Positions 12,580-25,974 are shown, counted from the stretch's first letter. The stretch is DNA of 64,000 nt from Camelus ferus (GCF_009834535.1 NC_045696.1:68884001-68948000); one strand, 5' to 3'. Numbers and translations: made by a program. Notes: generated from the letters alone by a model not told the origin.

Positions 12580-13190
12580 GTACGATAGTATGAGTAAATG
12601 AAAATCCCCTGCACCTGTCAGTGCCCCTGCAAAAAGCCCTAGACTCCCGAGTCTCTTCATAAACCATGAGAATAAAATCTGTAGCTATTTGTCTAGTTAA
12701 TTGCTCTGTTCTAATTCAAAACATAATAAAACTACACTTATCTCCCCAAGAAGATAAATGGTTATAGCTCAGATTCTCTCTCTAGGTTAATGTAGAGGTA
12801 TTCTAAGAGACCAGGAAGATTGGAGCAGGAGCAAAGAGGCCCAGAAACTTAGAAACATCTCTAGGGAAGTTTGTTTATATTCCAAAGGCCTGAGGTAAGA
12901 AAGGGACTCTTTGCAGGAGGGGAAGAGGACAGCTACCTCCTGCCTTTTATAAGCACGGAGGAAAAAATCCCTCATTTTTTTGTCCCTTGCTTACGGGGTA
13001 ACTGGCTCCTCATGTAAGATAGCTGGCCTGGCTCTTACTGCACTGCCCGAGGACTAAGAATCTGGGCAGAAAGAAACTAATGCATTCATTATTTACTGTA
13101 AGGTATTTAAATAAGAAATCATCTCTGACCTAGAACACTTTGCAAGCACGTTCAGAATAAAATTAATAAGGCTGAAATATTAAAAACCCA
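12580..13190. mobile_element. Probable ERV internal-region fragment inside the L1MC
   Basis: Interrupts the L1MC sequence and contains CAGGAGGGGAAGAGGACAGCTACCTCCTGCCTTTT...GAAAAAATCCCTCATTTTT, reminiscent of ERV1 internal sequence. Family not certain. Confidence 0.35.
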
Positions 13191-14167
13191 ACAGGATAGG
13201 TACAAAATGAACTGGAACATCTGTTATGCCAGAAAGTATAGAAGTATTTTTTTTAAATGATGAGGGCATGCATGTCACGGGGACACAAAAGCCAGCTGGA
13301 AGAAACTCCCACTAGCCAAATCTGGGACAAACTGAACCCAAAGTAATGGAGAACAGTAATGAACTGTAAGTCATTGAAAAAATAGAAATCTGTAAGTTCT
13401 TACCAAAAACAAATACAGAAAGGAAGGAAGAGGGGAAGAAAGGGAGGGAGGAAATAAATGGAGGAAGAGAAGGGAGGTTTCTTGCTTATAGTAGAATTCT
13501 GAGTGCCAACTGGATGACGTCGAGAAGGAGCTAGAGTTAAAAGACTGTCATTTTGCAACTGTCATAATAAAGATGGGTTCAGGCAAGAGTGATCAATGAA
13601 TGTCAAAGGAAGAAATTTTGATGAGAGGAGCAGAATAGCACAGTACTAAAGTATTCACTCGTAGACTGCAAGGGAAAACGTAATTACACAGTGGCCAAAT
13701 CAGACAGCACCGTATCCAGGTGATCAAAATTAAAATCAGCTGAGGGGCAGAGGGACACTGGATGCCTCCAGATGTGATGCTTTTAGCAGGGCTCAACATC
13801 ATTTGTGTCGTTTTCCAGCCAGGAATGCAGAAACTGAATTTAATACGGAGAAAGCATCAGATAAACCCTAAATTAAAAAAAGAAATTTAAAGGACTTTAT
13901 TCTTCAAAAATGTCAATGTCTTAAAAGACAAAGGCTATGGAACTATTCTAGGTGAAAGGCAACTAAAGAGGCATAGCAATTAGATGCAATACCTGATCCT
14001 GAACTGGACCTTGTACTGGAAGAAAAAAGTATGCCATAAAAGACAGTTTTGGGTCAGTGAACAAAACTGCAATGCAGCCAGATTAACGTATGTAAAAGCA
14101 TGAAGTTAACTATATTTTGGTTACATAAGACTATTTTCTTATTCTTAGGAAGTACACATTCAAGTAT

Positions 14168-17100
14168 TATCTTAGCTCAGGCTCCTATAACAAAGTACCA
14201 TAGACTGGGGTGGCTTAAGCAGCAGGCATTTATTTCCACAGCTCTGGAGGCTGGGAGGTCCAAGCTCAAGGCACCAGCAGACTCAGTTCCCAGGGAGGGC
14301 GCACTTCCTGGCTTGCAGATGGCTGCCTTCTCCCTGTGTCCTCACGTGGTAGGGAGTGAGCAAGCCCTCATGTCCCTCTCTCTTTTTATAAGAACACCAA
14401 TCCCATCATGGAAACTCCATCCTCGAGACCTCTTCTATACCTAATTATCTCCCAAATGCCCCATCTCCAAATACCATCACAGTCAACATATGAATTTGGG
14501 GGAGAAACTTTCAGTCCATAACATTCTGTCCCTTGTTTCCCCCAAATCATGTCATTCTCACATGTGAAATACATTAATTCCACCCCAGCATCCTCCAGTT
14601 TTAACTCATTCCAGCATCAACTCTAAAATCTGAAGTCCAAAGTCTACTTTTTAATAACATACTTTATTGAGTTATAGTCATTTTACAATGTTGTGTCAAA
14701 TTCCAGTGTAGAGCACAATTGTTCAGTTACACACAAACATACATATATTCATTATCACATTTTTTCACTGTGAGCTACAAGATCTTGTATATATTTCCCT
14801 GTGCTATACAGTATAATCTTATTTATCTATTCTGCACATGCCTGTCAGTATCTACAACTTTTGAAATCCCAGTCTGTCCCTTCCCACCCCCCCGCCCCCT
14901 TGACAACCACAAGTTTGTATTCTATGTCTATGAGTCTGTTTCTGTTTTGTATTTATGTTCTCTTTTTTTTTTTTAAGATTCCACATATGAACAATCTGAT
15001 ATGGTATTTTCTTTCTCTTTCTGGCATACTTCATTTAGAATGATATTCTCCAGGAACATCCATGTTGCAGCAAATGGCGTTATGTTGTCGGTTTTTATGG
15101 CTGACTAGTATTCCATTGTATAAATATACCACTTCTTTACCCAGTCATCTGTTGATGGACATTTAGGCTGTTTCCATGTCTTGGCTATTGTAAATAATGC
15201 TGCTATGAACATTGGGGTGCAGGTGTCTTTTTGAAGTAGGGTTCCTTCTGGATATATGCCCAGGAGCAGGATTCCTGGGTCATATGGTAAGTCTATTCCT
15301 AGTCTTTTGAGGAATCTCCATACCGTTTTCCACAGTGGCTGCACCAAACTGCATTCCCACCAGCAGTGTAGGAGGGTTCCCTTTCTCCACAGCCTCTCTA
15401 GCATTTATCATTTGTGGACTTTTGAATGATGGCCATTCTGGCTGGTGTGAGGTGATACCTCATTGTAGTTTTTGATTTGCATTTCTCTGATAATTAGTGA
15501 TATAAAGCATTTTTTCATGTGCCTATCGATCATTTGTATTTCTTCTTTGGATAATTGCTTGTTTAGGTCTTCTGCCCATTTTTGGATTGGGTTGTTTGGT
15601 TTTTTCTTACTAAGTCGTATGAGCTGCTTATATATTCTGGAGATCAAGTCTTTGTCGGTTTCATCGTTTGCAAAAATTTTCTCCCATTCCATAGGTTGCC
15701 ATTTTGTTTTACTTATCCAAAGTCTTATCTAAGTATTATCTAAATCAGACAAGAGTGAAACAATTCGTCCTGAAGCAAAACTCTTCTGCTGCAAACTTGT
15801 GAAACTAGATAAATTACGTGCTTCCTAAATATAATGGTAGAAACAGGCATAGGATGGAGATTCTCATTCCAAAATGGAGAAACTGAAAGGAAGAAAGAAG
15901 AGACAGGTTCCAAGAAAGTCCAAATCTAGCAAAATAAGTACTATTAGATCTTAAGGCTTGAGAATATTCCTCTTTGGTTTGACGCTGTGTCTTATGGACG
16001 TGGTGAGGCATTGATCCTGGCTCTGCCAGGCAGGAGTCACTCCCCCAGGGCCCTGGGCAGCTGTCATGTGGCTCTACTGAAATCAAGGCAATGCCGCCGC
16101 CCCGCTTGAAACCAAGGAGGCAGCCTTGATGATTTCTGGGATCGTTCTTCCTTATCTTGAAGAATAGTACATAGTACATGTTTGCAGCCAAAGAGCTCTA
16201 CAGCTTGGTCCTGTAGAATCAAAGTCTGGCAGCCTGCCTTCGTTTCATCCTGTGTCCATCTCCTTCAGTTCAGCACTAGCAGTGTTTCTGCTGGGGGAGC
16301 CGATGAGGTCCATGACTTACTCCCACACTGATACTTTTATCAAATGCTCGTTGGACCACTCCCTTAGTGTTTTTCTCAGAACAAGCTTTCTCATTTTGTT
16401 GCAATACAGATAAGCTGAGAATTTCCAAATCTTTAAGTTCTGTTTCCTTTTTGCTAAACAATTCCTTCTTTGATTCATTTCTCTCCTCTCACATTTTACT
16501 AAAAAGCAGTCATAAGGAACCAAGCCGTCTCCTTCAACAGTTTCCTTTGAAATTGCCACAGCTAAATACCCAGTTCCGTCACTCGCAAGTTCCCCCTTCC
16601 ACAAAACGTTAGAACACAGTTCAGCCAAGTTCTTTGTCACTTCATAACAAGGATCACCTTTTCTCTGTTGTTCAGTACCACGTTCCTCGTTTCATCTGAG
16701 ACTGCACCAGAATGGCCTTTATTGTCCATATTTCTGCCAACGTTCTGTTCATGATTATTTTATCTTCTTTAAAAAGATAGCTTTCTCTCCAGCTCTCCTC
16801 TTTTCTTTCAGTCTTCACCAACATCCCCCTCTATGTCTATATTTCTAGCAGGCCCTTCCAAACTCCTCCAGATTCTACCAATTACTCAATTCCAAAGCCA
16901 CTTCCACATATGTAGATATTTGTCCCCACAGCACTCTACTTCTCAGTACCAAAAAAATCTCTTAGTCTGCTCAGGCTGCTGTAACAACAAACCAGAGACT
17001 GGGTAGCATAAACAACAGATACCTCTTTTTCATATTTCTGGAGGCTGGGAAGTCCAAGGTCAAGGTGCCAGCAGTTTTGGTCCCTGGCGAGGGTCCTCAT

Positions 17101-17349
17101 CCTGGCTTGCAGATGGCCACCTTCTCACTGTGTCTTTACAGGGCGGAGAGAAAGCGAGCCCTGGTCTCTCTTCCTCTTCCCATAAGGATCCTGATCCCTT
17201 CATCATGGGGGCCCCGACCCTCAAGACCTTATATAAACACACTTCTCTCCCAAAGACCTCATCTCCAAATGCTATCATATTAGAGGTTAGGGTTTCAATA
17301 TATGAATTGGAGTGGGGGTAGAGCAGCTGTAAACTTTCAGTCTGCAACA
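14168..17349 (-). mobile_element. Two-LTR MaLR element (MLT1A-like): LTRs at 14168-14523 and about 16959-17349, with internal region
   Basis: Two similar direct LTRs and a perfect 5-bp TSD AGTAT at 14163-14167 and 17350-17354. Internal sequence gives MLT-int-like peptide remnants (NLAELCSNVLWKGELASDGTGYLA). Confidence 0.85.
14646..15715 (-). mobile_element. 5'-truncated lineage-specific L1 (ORF2 C-terminus plus 3' UTR) inserted in the MaLR
   Basis: ORF2 C-terminal peptides EWEKIFAN... and [21 protein letters not shown]...[23 protein letters not shown], with a broken frame. Perfect 10-bp TSD TCCAAAGTCT at 14636-14645 and 15716-15725. Confidence 0.92.
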
Positions 17350-18169
17350 AGTATTTAGGGATTAATGTCTATAATATATACAACTTACTCTCAAATGAAA
17401 AAATATCATGAAAGATGAATACAGCAGATGATACAGTAATGGGGTGAGATGAAAAAATAGTAAGTGAATCTGGATAAATGGCATATAGGCATTCTCTGTA
17501 TTAGTCATGTTATTGCAACTTTTCTGGAAGTTTTAAAGTACCTGCAAATAAAAAGCTCAAAAAAAACTTTGTTAAAGAAATTGAAGGAAGTTTGAGGCAA
17601 TCCACTGACTGAGCAGAAGGGTCCCTGGACTATACTTCACTTATCAAACTTTTAGTGCACATCTACTATGTAACAGGCACTATTCTGAGTACTTGGGCAT
17701 ATCAGGGTACAAAACAGACAAAACTGCCTTCCCTCATATGGGAGAGCTAGGCACCGAGTGAGATGGATAAACAAGGTGATGCGAGTGAGTAAGAAAACAT
17801 GGACATGGTAGATGTCACCAGAGAGCCAGGCACGAGCCCCAGACCAGCTGCTGGGAGGGCTTCCGCCCACGTGGGCCTGCCGTTGCCCTCTGTGTTACTG
17901 TGCGGGTCACCTGCTCCTCTCAGGCCTCAGTGATCTCATTTGTAAAATAAGAAAATCAGGCAAGACCCTGGTCTTCACTAGGGCAGGGAGCATGTCTGTT
18001 ACTGCTCTGCTGTCATTGTTGGTGGCTGAGTTCTAGCTCCGCTCACCGGGGATCAGGCTGATCAATAAGAACTTCTGCAGTGAGTGAATGGCTGGTTGAT
18101 CTCCAAAGTCCTTTTCAGCTCTGTGATTTCCAGTACCATCTGGACCACCTCAAAGGATGGCATGTCAGT

Positions 18170-18620
18170 CACCTCAGACATCACATCAGATTCTACAGAT
18201 ATTAAAAGGATAGTGAGAAAATACAATGAATGACAAAGTCAATAACTTAGAAGAAATGAACAAAGTCCTTGAAAGATACAAACTACCAAAGCTCAAAAGT
18301 CAAGAAGAGACAGGTAACATGAATAGCCCTATATCTGTTAAAGAAATTAAATCTGTAGCTAAAAACCTCCCTACAGAGTAAATTCTAGGCCCAGGTGGCT
18401 TTACTGGTAAACTCTACCGAACATTAAAAAAAAAAAAAAGTAATAGCCATGCTACACAAACTCCTCCAGAAAATGTTAGAGGAAGTATTCCCAATTGTTG
18501 TAGTCACTTGACAAGGGCAGCATAACTCTGATATCAGAAATGCAGACCGGCGTTACAGGAGAGGGACATTACAACCTGTATCCCTCATGAACATAGATGC
18601 AAACATTCCTAGCAATCACC
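18170..18620 (+). mobile_element. Degraded L1 ORF2 fragment
   Basis: AACTTAGAAGAAATGAACAAAGTCCTTGAAAGATACAAACTACCAAAG...GGCCCAGGTGGCTTTACTGGTAAA...TCCCTCATGAACATAGATGCAAA. Confidence 0.8.
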
Positions 18621-18870
18621 TCAGAGTGTAGACATTTTTAGGTTGAGTGAGACTCTGACGTAAGCACTGGTTATGGGTGGTGACTGAGCTGAAATGGGGG
18701 AGGGAGTCAGAGAAGAAGTTATTTCAAAGACAGATGTTTTCCACAAACTAAATATAGGTTTTTGAATGCTCCCTTCTAGATTCAGTAGTGCCCTCACAGG
18801 CAAACTCCACGCCAAAGACTGCTTTTGCGTGGTCAAAGGATACCAGCCCCATGCGGGAGTACACTCTGCC

Positions 18871-18935
<65 letters not shown>

Positions 18936-19312
18936 GTAAGAACACTTAACATGAGATATAACCTCTTAGCAAATTTTTAAGTGCAAAATATATTCTGGTT
19001 AACTACAGACACAATGTTATACAGCAGATCTCTAGAATTTATTCATCTTGCATAACTGAAAGTTATACCCATTGAATAGCAACTCCCCCTCTGCCCCTCA
19101 CCCCAGCCCCTGACCACCACCATTCAACAATCTGTTTCTATAGACCATTACTCAGCCTCAAAAAAGAAGGAAGTTCTGCCATATATTGACAACGTGGGAA
19201 AACCTGGAGGACATTATGCTAAGTGAAATAAGCCAGTCACAGAAGGACAAATGCTGCATGATTCCAGTTTATATGAGGCATCTAAAATAGCCCAACTCAT
19301 AGAAAAAGAGTA
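18871..19312 (-). mobile_element. L1MA-like 3' end with an inverted 5' segment
   Basis: 18871-19142 is an L1 3' UTR on the minus strand ending in a (TAA)n tail. 19143-19312 is the adjacent upstream L1 segment on the plus strand. Confidence 0.75.
18874..18935. repeat. (TTA)20 microsatellite derived from the L1 tail
   Basis: Uninterrupted trinucleotide run, counted directly. Confidence 0.95.
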
Positions 19313-21549
19313 ACGCACCCAGCTCTGTACTGCATCTTTCACTGGCTTTGTGTGTGTTGTGGGCCAGGGCGGGTGGGGCGAACCCCTTGCAGGGAGGAGA
19401 ACGTTGCATTTTCCTGCTCTCCCCTCATTCGAGGCGGGGTCCTGTGGGAGCTTATTTGCTCGACTGAATGGAATCTAGGTAGCTGACTGCACACCAGATG
19501 GATGGGCTACATAAGGAAAAGAAGACCAGGAGCAGCTCTGACACGTTGAAAACCACTTAGGACGCAGGGCTTTGGAAAGGAAGGCAAGCTGCGTCCAATA
19601 TCAAGTCGCAGCTCCTTCTCTGGTCCTGAAAAACATCAACGACCTAGAAAAGCTCAGAGAAAGCTTAGGGATTTAAAGCATCGCTGGCAAACAAACTAGG
19701 TCCAAATCCACCTCCACTGCTTAGTTTCTGCAGCACCCTGAGCAGCTCACTTCAACCCTCTGAGCCTTAGTGTCCTCAGGTAGAATGGTGGTTGGTGATC
19801 ACACCTCACAGGGTTGTCATGAAGATCAAATAAGAAAGGCAGGCGTGGCCCTTAGAGCATAGATGTGTGTAATAAGATCATCTTATCATCTCAAGATAAG
19901 CCCCATCATATGATCTGGGAACGCTCTGGTTGAAATCCAGTCAGCATATGTTGGGTATGTTTTCAGGACACACAGGATGTAGGTTTCCCCTCCTCAATCT
20001 GTACAAGAGCTTCTAAGGAAGCCCCTGGGCCCCGGTGTCCCACTGTCTCCTCCTGCAGGCCCACTGAGCATAACAGGGGCTCAGCAGAGTCTCAGAAAAC
20101 CTTCTTACACTTAGAGTCAGAATTGAATTTAAAGATGCACATTTAGCTCTAAACGGTTTTCCTGTTGAATCTCATAACAACACCTGGCACATACACGCCT
20201 GAGCAGATCTGCTGAAACTTCACGGTATGACACTGTTCTCTATAAAAAGCCACCTTCTCAATAAGAAACCGCCTGTTCGTTTTCTATAGCTCTATCACTG
20301 GCCAGATGCCCAAAAGGCTGTCCTCTGCATGTGAGGAGTCTGGGAGCTAAGCAAACAAGCACGGACCCTGCTCCCCTCAGAAGAGAGCTGCTGTCCAGAG
20401 GAGCTCCCATCAGGGAAGACAGTGAGCTGCACAATTTACTAAACCCACAGCTATTCCCCCCGTGACCTTGGGGTGCCAGATGCTGTCTGTGCACCATGGT
20501 GGTGACTCGGTTTGCTCAGACACAGACACAGAACAGCTGGGATAACCAACCAGGACAAAAGAGGAGACAGACTGCCAGCTTCCTAGGATACCAAGGTGAG
20601 AAAGGGCAGTAACAGAAGGGTGTCAGTTACAAGTCAGTATCACAAGGAGCCAGCCAGGGGGCTGCCTGTGACCAGTGTCAGAGGACCAGCCTAGGTTCTT
20701 AGTGCCACTTACAGGAGAGGAAAGGGGGTGAGTGTGCCTGAGGAGAACTGGGAAAGGCTTTACTGAGAGTGGAAAATGTACCCTGGGAAGTCAGCCACCC
20801 TCCCCTGAGCCCTGGCAGAGGGAGCACTGCGATCTGGAAGTGGAGGAGAAAGTGCGGACCTCAGTGGAAAACTATGCATTGTCTACAGGACACCCTTCCT
20901 CTTTATCAGATTCTGATCCTATGGGAGCTGTTCTGCAGCTCTTTGTAAGTTGCAGCTAACTACAGACATGCTTATTCAGCCTTGCCACCCTCCTCCTGCC
21001 CACCTCATGGAAAAAACAGTTTCTTTCCTTTATTCAAATTTTGTACTGTTCTGAATATTCTCCTGAACCAGTTATAACATTTTCCTGGTTCCCTCCTAGG
21101 GACAAAATAGACTATCTGTATGACAGTCATGAGCTTAATTTTTCCTGAAAATTAGCCTTTATTTTTCTCCCTTCGCTGGGAGAAAGCAACCTCCAAAGCA
21201 GCCCCAAGCTGGCTGACATCCCTGCTGGGAGACACTCGCACCTGGGATCCGGGAAGGACTGTGGTTGCCCAGCACACAGAGGCAGGCTTCACGCTTCAGT
21301 AGCGACCACGGCCACCATTCAGAGAGCCCCTGCGGCAGCATATGGGCCTCTGAGTGCCCTGCTCCATGCTCAGCAATCTCACTGGATCCTACAAAGACCC
21401 TGTGTGGTATCTTTTCTTATTTCCCTTTACAAATACAGGAGCTGAGACTCAGAAAGACAAAGCAACTTGCAAGTCACTCACATAGGAAGGGCTGAGGGAA
21501 AAATCTGAACAAAGTCTGTCTCTTAATTCCCAGGCAATCTTACCTTGGC

Positions 21550-22180
21550 TTTTTTCTTTTTCTTTTTAAATTGACATAGAGTTGATTTACAGTATTATAT
21601 AAGTTCCAGTGTACAACATAGTGATTCACAATTTTCTAAGGTTATACTCCATTTAAAGTTACAAAATATTGGCTATATTTCCTGTGCTGTATAATATATC
21701 TTTGTAGCTTTTTAATTTTGTACATAGCAGTTTCTACCTCTTACTCCCCTGTCCTTGTCTTGCACCTCCCCTCATCCCTCTCCCCACTGGTAACCACTAA
21801 TTTGTTCTCTATATCTGTGAGTCTGCTTCTTTTTGCTATATTCACTAGTTTGTTTTATTTTTCAGATTCCACGTATAAGTGATATCATACAGTATTTGTC
21901 TTTCTCTCTCTGATTTACTTCACTAAGCACAATACCCTCCAATTCCATCCATGTTGTTGTAAATGGCAAGATTTCATTTTTATGGGTGAGTAGTATTCCA
22001 TTGTGGATACATACCACATCTTCTTTATCCATTCATCTGTTGATTGATGAACAACACTTAGGTTGTTCCCATATCTTGGCTATTGTAAATAGTGCTGCTA
22101 TGAATGGTGGGATGCATGTATCTTTTCAAAGTGTTTTTGTTTTCTTTGGATATATATACCCAGAGGAGGAATTGCTGGAA
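21550..22180 (-). mobile_element. L1 3' end fragment
   Basis: Plus-strand T-rich tail, then CCCCACTGGTAACCACTAATTTGTTCTC...AGATTCCACGTATAAGTGATATCATACAG...TTGTAAATAGTGCTGCTATGAA. Confidence 0.85.
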
Positions 22181-22784
22181 AATACAGTTTCAGAATCTTT
22201 GAGGACTGAGGTTTACTTCTTCACTAAACACCAGGAAGAGATGCCCAAGAAGGGGGTAGCATCCCGAATCCAAGACAATTCTCAAGCCTCCTCCATGCTC
22301 CTTTTTGACTGCGGCTGCCCACTGATCTGCAGTCACCCCACCCCTGAACAAACAGAGCTTGATTTCTCTCTGAATTCATGCTCCCAACCTCCACGTGGCC
22401 AGCATGGCCTGGAAATCCTACTCCTTTCTTCTGGCTTACTCCCTCTTCCAGTCTCCTCAATGTCAATTTCAAACTTTCTTTGCTCAAACCTCCTCTGCTG
22501 AAGCCTCTCTTCCTCTCAGCCTCCCTTCAAAAAGCCTCCTTTTCTCTGTATCCTACTTTGCACAGAAAACAGAAACTCCTCCATCCTTCCACTACAAACT
22601 GCCTCCAGCTGCTCCCCTCCTCTCCTTGCTCCCTTCTGACTCCCTCCTGCTGAGGTTCACCCTCCGCTAGGCTTTGGACCAACCACTGCCCTCCACTTTC
22701 TTAATTATCTCCCCTTTTTAGAATATTCAGTTTCTCCTTCTAGCAACTGGCTTTCTCCTCATTGACTTAAACTTATGTGCATGT

Positions 22785-23037
22785 GTGATAAAATGTACAT
22801 TAAATATACCATTTTACCCATTTTTCAGTGTATGGTGCAGTGGCATTACGTACACTCACAATGCTTTACAACCATCACCACCATCCATCTCCAGAAGTTT
22901 TTCATCTTCCCAAATTGAAACTCTATATCCATTAAACAATAATTCCTCTCTCCTCCCAGGCCCTGGCAACCACCATTCCACTTCCTGTCTCTGTGGGTTT
23001 GACCACTCCAGGTACTTCGTGTAAGTGGAATCATGCC
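22785..23037 (-). mobile_element. Old L1 (L1MB-like) 3' fragment
   Basis: ACCATCACCACCATCCATCTCCAGAAG...CCCTGGCAACCACCATTCCACTTCCTGTCTCTG...TAAGTGGAATCAT. Confidence 0.8.
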
Positions 23038-23839
23038 CATTCATGCTGTTTTTGATATTTGTGTAATCCAATTGTTCCACTAATTTCATCTATTAACTGA
23101 AATTTGTGGCAAGAGTATTTCTTGAGTTCCCACTAGTATTGAGAAATCAGCATAGGCTGCCTAAAAATGCTGCAGGAAACGAACTGCCTAGGGGAACTCA
23201 TGAGGTAATACCTGAATGTGAATCTGTGTTCCACAGAATCACCGGTGACACTGTCTTCTAACACTTGTCTAACACTCGGCAGCATATAAAGCACACCCAC
23301 ATTCACCGCTGCATTTACTTCTCTCCCTGGAGGCTCTCTGCTCTGCTGTCCCTCAGGCCACACTCTGGCTGTGACCTGGCAGCCACAGGGACAGCAGAGC
23401 TCGACTCTCTCTGCACGCTGGGCACCTCCCTTGAGGCAGACTAATGCCCAGGGGCTTGTTCATGACCCCAGGGCCAGGCTGGATCACGGATTCACTGTTT
23501 TCTCCTCCACTGGGGAATCCCGGACTCAGGAAGGTCAAGGGACTTAATTAAGTTGGTGGCGTTTATGTGCTCCTAGTAAGCGCATTCTGCGTCAGAGCCC
23601 GTGGATTTTCTCACGTGGTCCTCGCAGCAACCCTGGGAGGGAGGTACTATTATCCTCCCCTCTTTACAGATGAGCAACCAGAAGCATAAGCAACGCGTGC
23701 GTGATCACATAGCGAATGAGAGGCAGCCCTGGCAGGCTGACTGCGGAGTCCTGCACTGCTCACTACATTCCAGTCAGCCCTGTCCACGTTTGTGGAAGGA
23801 AATTTCTCTGACCACGTATCTGCACAGAAGAAATTTTAC

Positions 23840-23937
23840 CTGAGAGTTCATCAGGCGAATGGTGGTTTTCGTCCCCACGTCTTGTTGGAAGTTGGCTGTG
23901 GGCGCCCCATTAAACCTCAGGATTGCATCGTGATTGT
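23840..23937 (-). CDS. ST6GAL1: ST6GAL1 second coding exon (98 nt), remainder of sialylmotif L
   Basis: Hand translation (D)[32 protein letters not shown]. Acceptor ttctggtttatag|, donor CAG|gtaaaa. Phases match the flanking exons. Not in the ORF track. Confidence 0.97.
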
Positions 23938-25327
23938 CTATAAACCAGAAACAGAAAATAGGTGGTGTGCATCAGTGGTGTGCAGAAAGAGATAAGGTCT
24001 GCAGGGAGGGAGGGCAGGAGGAGGGGAGGGGCAAGAGAATAACACTTCCCAGTCTGTCTCTCATCATGGCACCCAAGGGCAATTTAGCTTATCTGTATGG
24101 GGCAGCAAGATCGAGTTCACGAGCAGGGATGACCGCCTGTCTCTGCAGCCACTACGAGGGCTAAAGAGGTCCATATCGTGGCATTCCTGAGATCCATTCA
24201 GTGAGGCCAGCGTGCCTCGGCACAGGGGGCACGTGAACAGGGCGATGCTGGTGGAGTCACTATTCCAGTTACCACCCGGTATTCTCTTGCTATTGCAAGT
24301 GGGTCATACTTCTATTCCTGTCACAAAAATGAAGATACTGCCATAAGCTCGGGCTAACCCACATGTGCAAAGTACCTACAGCGCTCTGAAAAGCTCACAG
24401 CATTCAGCAAATGGGAGGGATTCACTATGGCATCCAAGACAGCTCCCTAAGTGTTTCATGTAGGGACCCAAGGCTCAAGAAGGATCTGAAACTTGGGTGG
24501 TGGCAGAGATGGGACAAGACGTCATTGAGCTAAATTAAACTCTATATTTTCTATTTAAAAAAAAAAAAAGCTCTTTGTCTTAAATCCAGTCAAAATCAAA
24601 CGGACCATCTTTTTAAAAATCTACTCACTCCCCGGGTCTGGTTCCCTGCGCTTGTAGCTATTCAAGCAGAGACTGGAAGACTTGGGGACGTTTCTCTTCC
24701 TGGCACCGGCCAGTCTGATGGGGGAGGGAACTGATGGCTTTTAAGATTCATCCTAGCCCTGAGCCTCTGTGACCTCAGGAGCGCTCATCCCGAGCTTATC
24801 TGATCCAACAAGCTTCAGTTCACCACTGAAATCTGCACAAGATTTGGAGGTCAACCCAATCCTCTGTTGTTCTGTTTCCCTCCATGTGGATTTATTTTGG
24901 ATGGTTCTTCATCCACAAAGGTGGCATCAGGAGAAGGGCAGGAGTGGCTCTGGGCTCAATACAAGATAATTTAGAAAGAGAATACCCACAGAATTAAGGG
25001 ATAAAAGCCCCCCTCTTTCTTTCAATTCTAACGTATATACGAAACCTCAGGAATCTAGACGTCTCATTCACAAAAACAGCCCTATCTTTAACCCTAGGAC
25101 AAAATTTTATCAAAATGATTTAAAGGTTACTTAAGATGTGCATATGCAAACTATCAGATTACAGGACGGGCACACCAGATTGCAAATAAAACAGGAAGTC
25201 TATCTTTACACAACTCAGACTGCAGTAAGTTTTGTCAGAACTGGTCTCTGGTTTCAAAAGTGACCAGCAATAACCACACTGGAAATGTTGGTTCATGTCG
25301 CTAATTCAGCTTCACAGGTGAATAAAT

Positions 25328-25974
25328 TGTTACTCTGAGAGTCCCAGGAGAAAAGAATGGCAAGTCCGAATGGAGTCACTGACAAGCAAATAAAGGACTA
25401 TTTGCCAAGCTGTAGGTAGAATCTAACAAGGCAGAGGTCAGTAAAGAATGAGGCAATAACCGGGGTTGGCTCTAGCAGGGGACCAATCCCACCCCTACGG
25501 CTAACAGGGCAAGAGGGCGGAGACCCGAGCTGAGGCCGGCCACCTGGCAGGAACCGTGGCCTTTAGGAAAACACAGCTCTAGAAGGGACTCAATGCCCCA
25601 GCGGCTCATTCCTCCTCCCTTCTGACTTCCACGCCCGGAGGGAAAAGGAGAGAGCAGGACTAGAGCCAGAAAGAGCCGCCTGAAAGGGGCTGAAGCTTTC
25701 AGTCAAGGGAGAGGAGCGGTGGTGACTCTGCAAGGAGAGACTGGGCAGGGGTGGGGGTGAGGGAGGGAGCCAGGGGAGGGAGGAGACAGATACACTGCCT
25801 CACTCCCCTCCTTCCTCTCCATTTTATACCAGCACTAACACTGTCCAGGCCCAAATAAACACCAGAGGGCAAGGAAGCCCAATTGACTCAGTCCACATAT
25901 CAATTTCCCAGGGCACAGGGTCTAGGAAAGGGTGGAGAGTGGATTTGGAGGGGCAGATGGAGAACACCCAGCAC
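25328..25974 (-). mobile_element. Ancient MaLR-type LTR (MLT1-like) with an internal G-rich tract
   Basis: Ends CCAGAGGGCAAGGAAGCCCAATTGAC...GGGTGGAGAGTGGATTTGGAGGGGCAGATGGAGAACACCCAGCACA. Subfamily uncertain. Confidence 0.5.

Larger units (their letters stand above)
11470..17575 (+). mobile_element. Old L1 (L1MC3/4-like) 3' region, broken by later insertions
   Basis: L1MC 3' motifs run on across the MaLR insertion: TTCTTAGGAAGTACACATTCAAGTAT|...|AGTATTTAGGG...CAACTTACTCTCAAATG. Outer limits approximate. Confidence 0.6.

Noticed and set aside
15105..15692. Two ORFs with clear protein similarity
   Set aside because: Broken L1 ORF2 C-terminus inside a 5'-truncated element, not a host gene.
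19873..19900. Small inverted repeats TAAGAT-C-ATCTTA and CTTATC...GATAAG
   Set aside because: Six-bp arms occur by chance and there is no other support.
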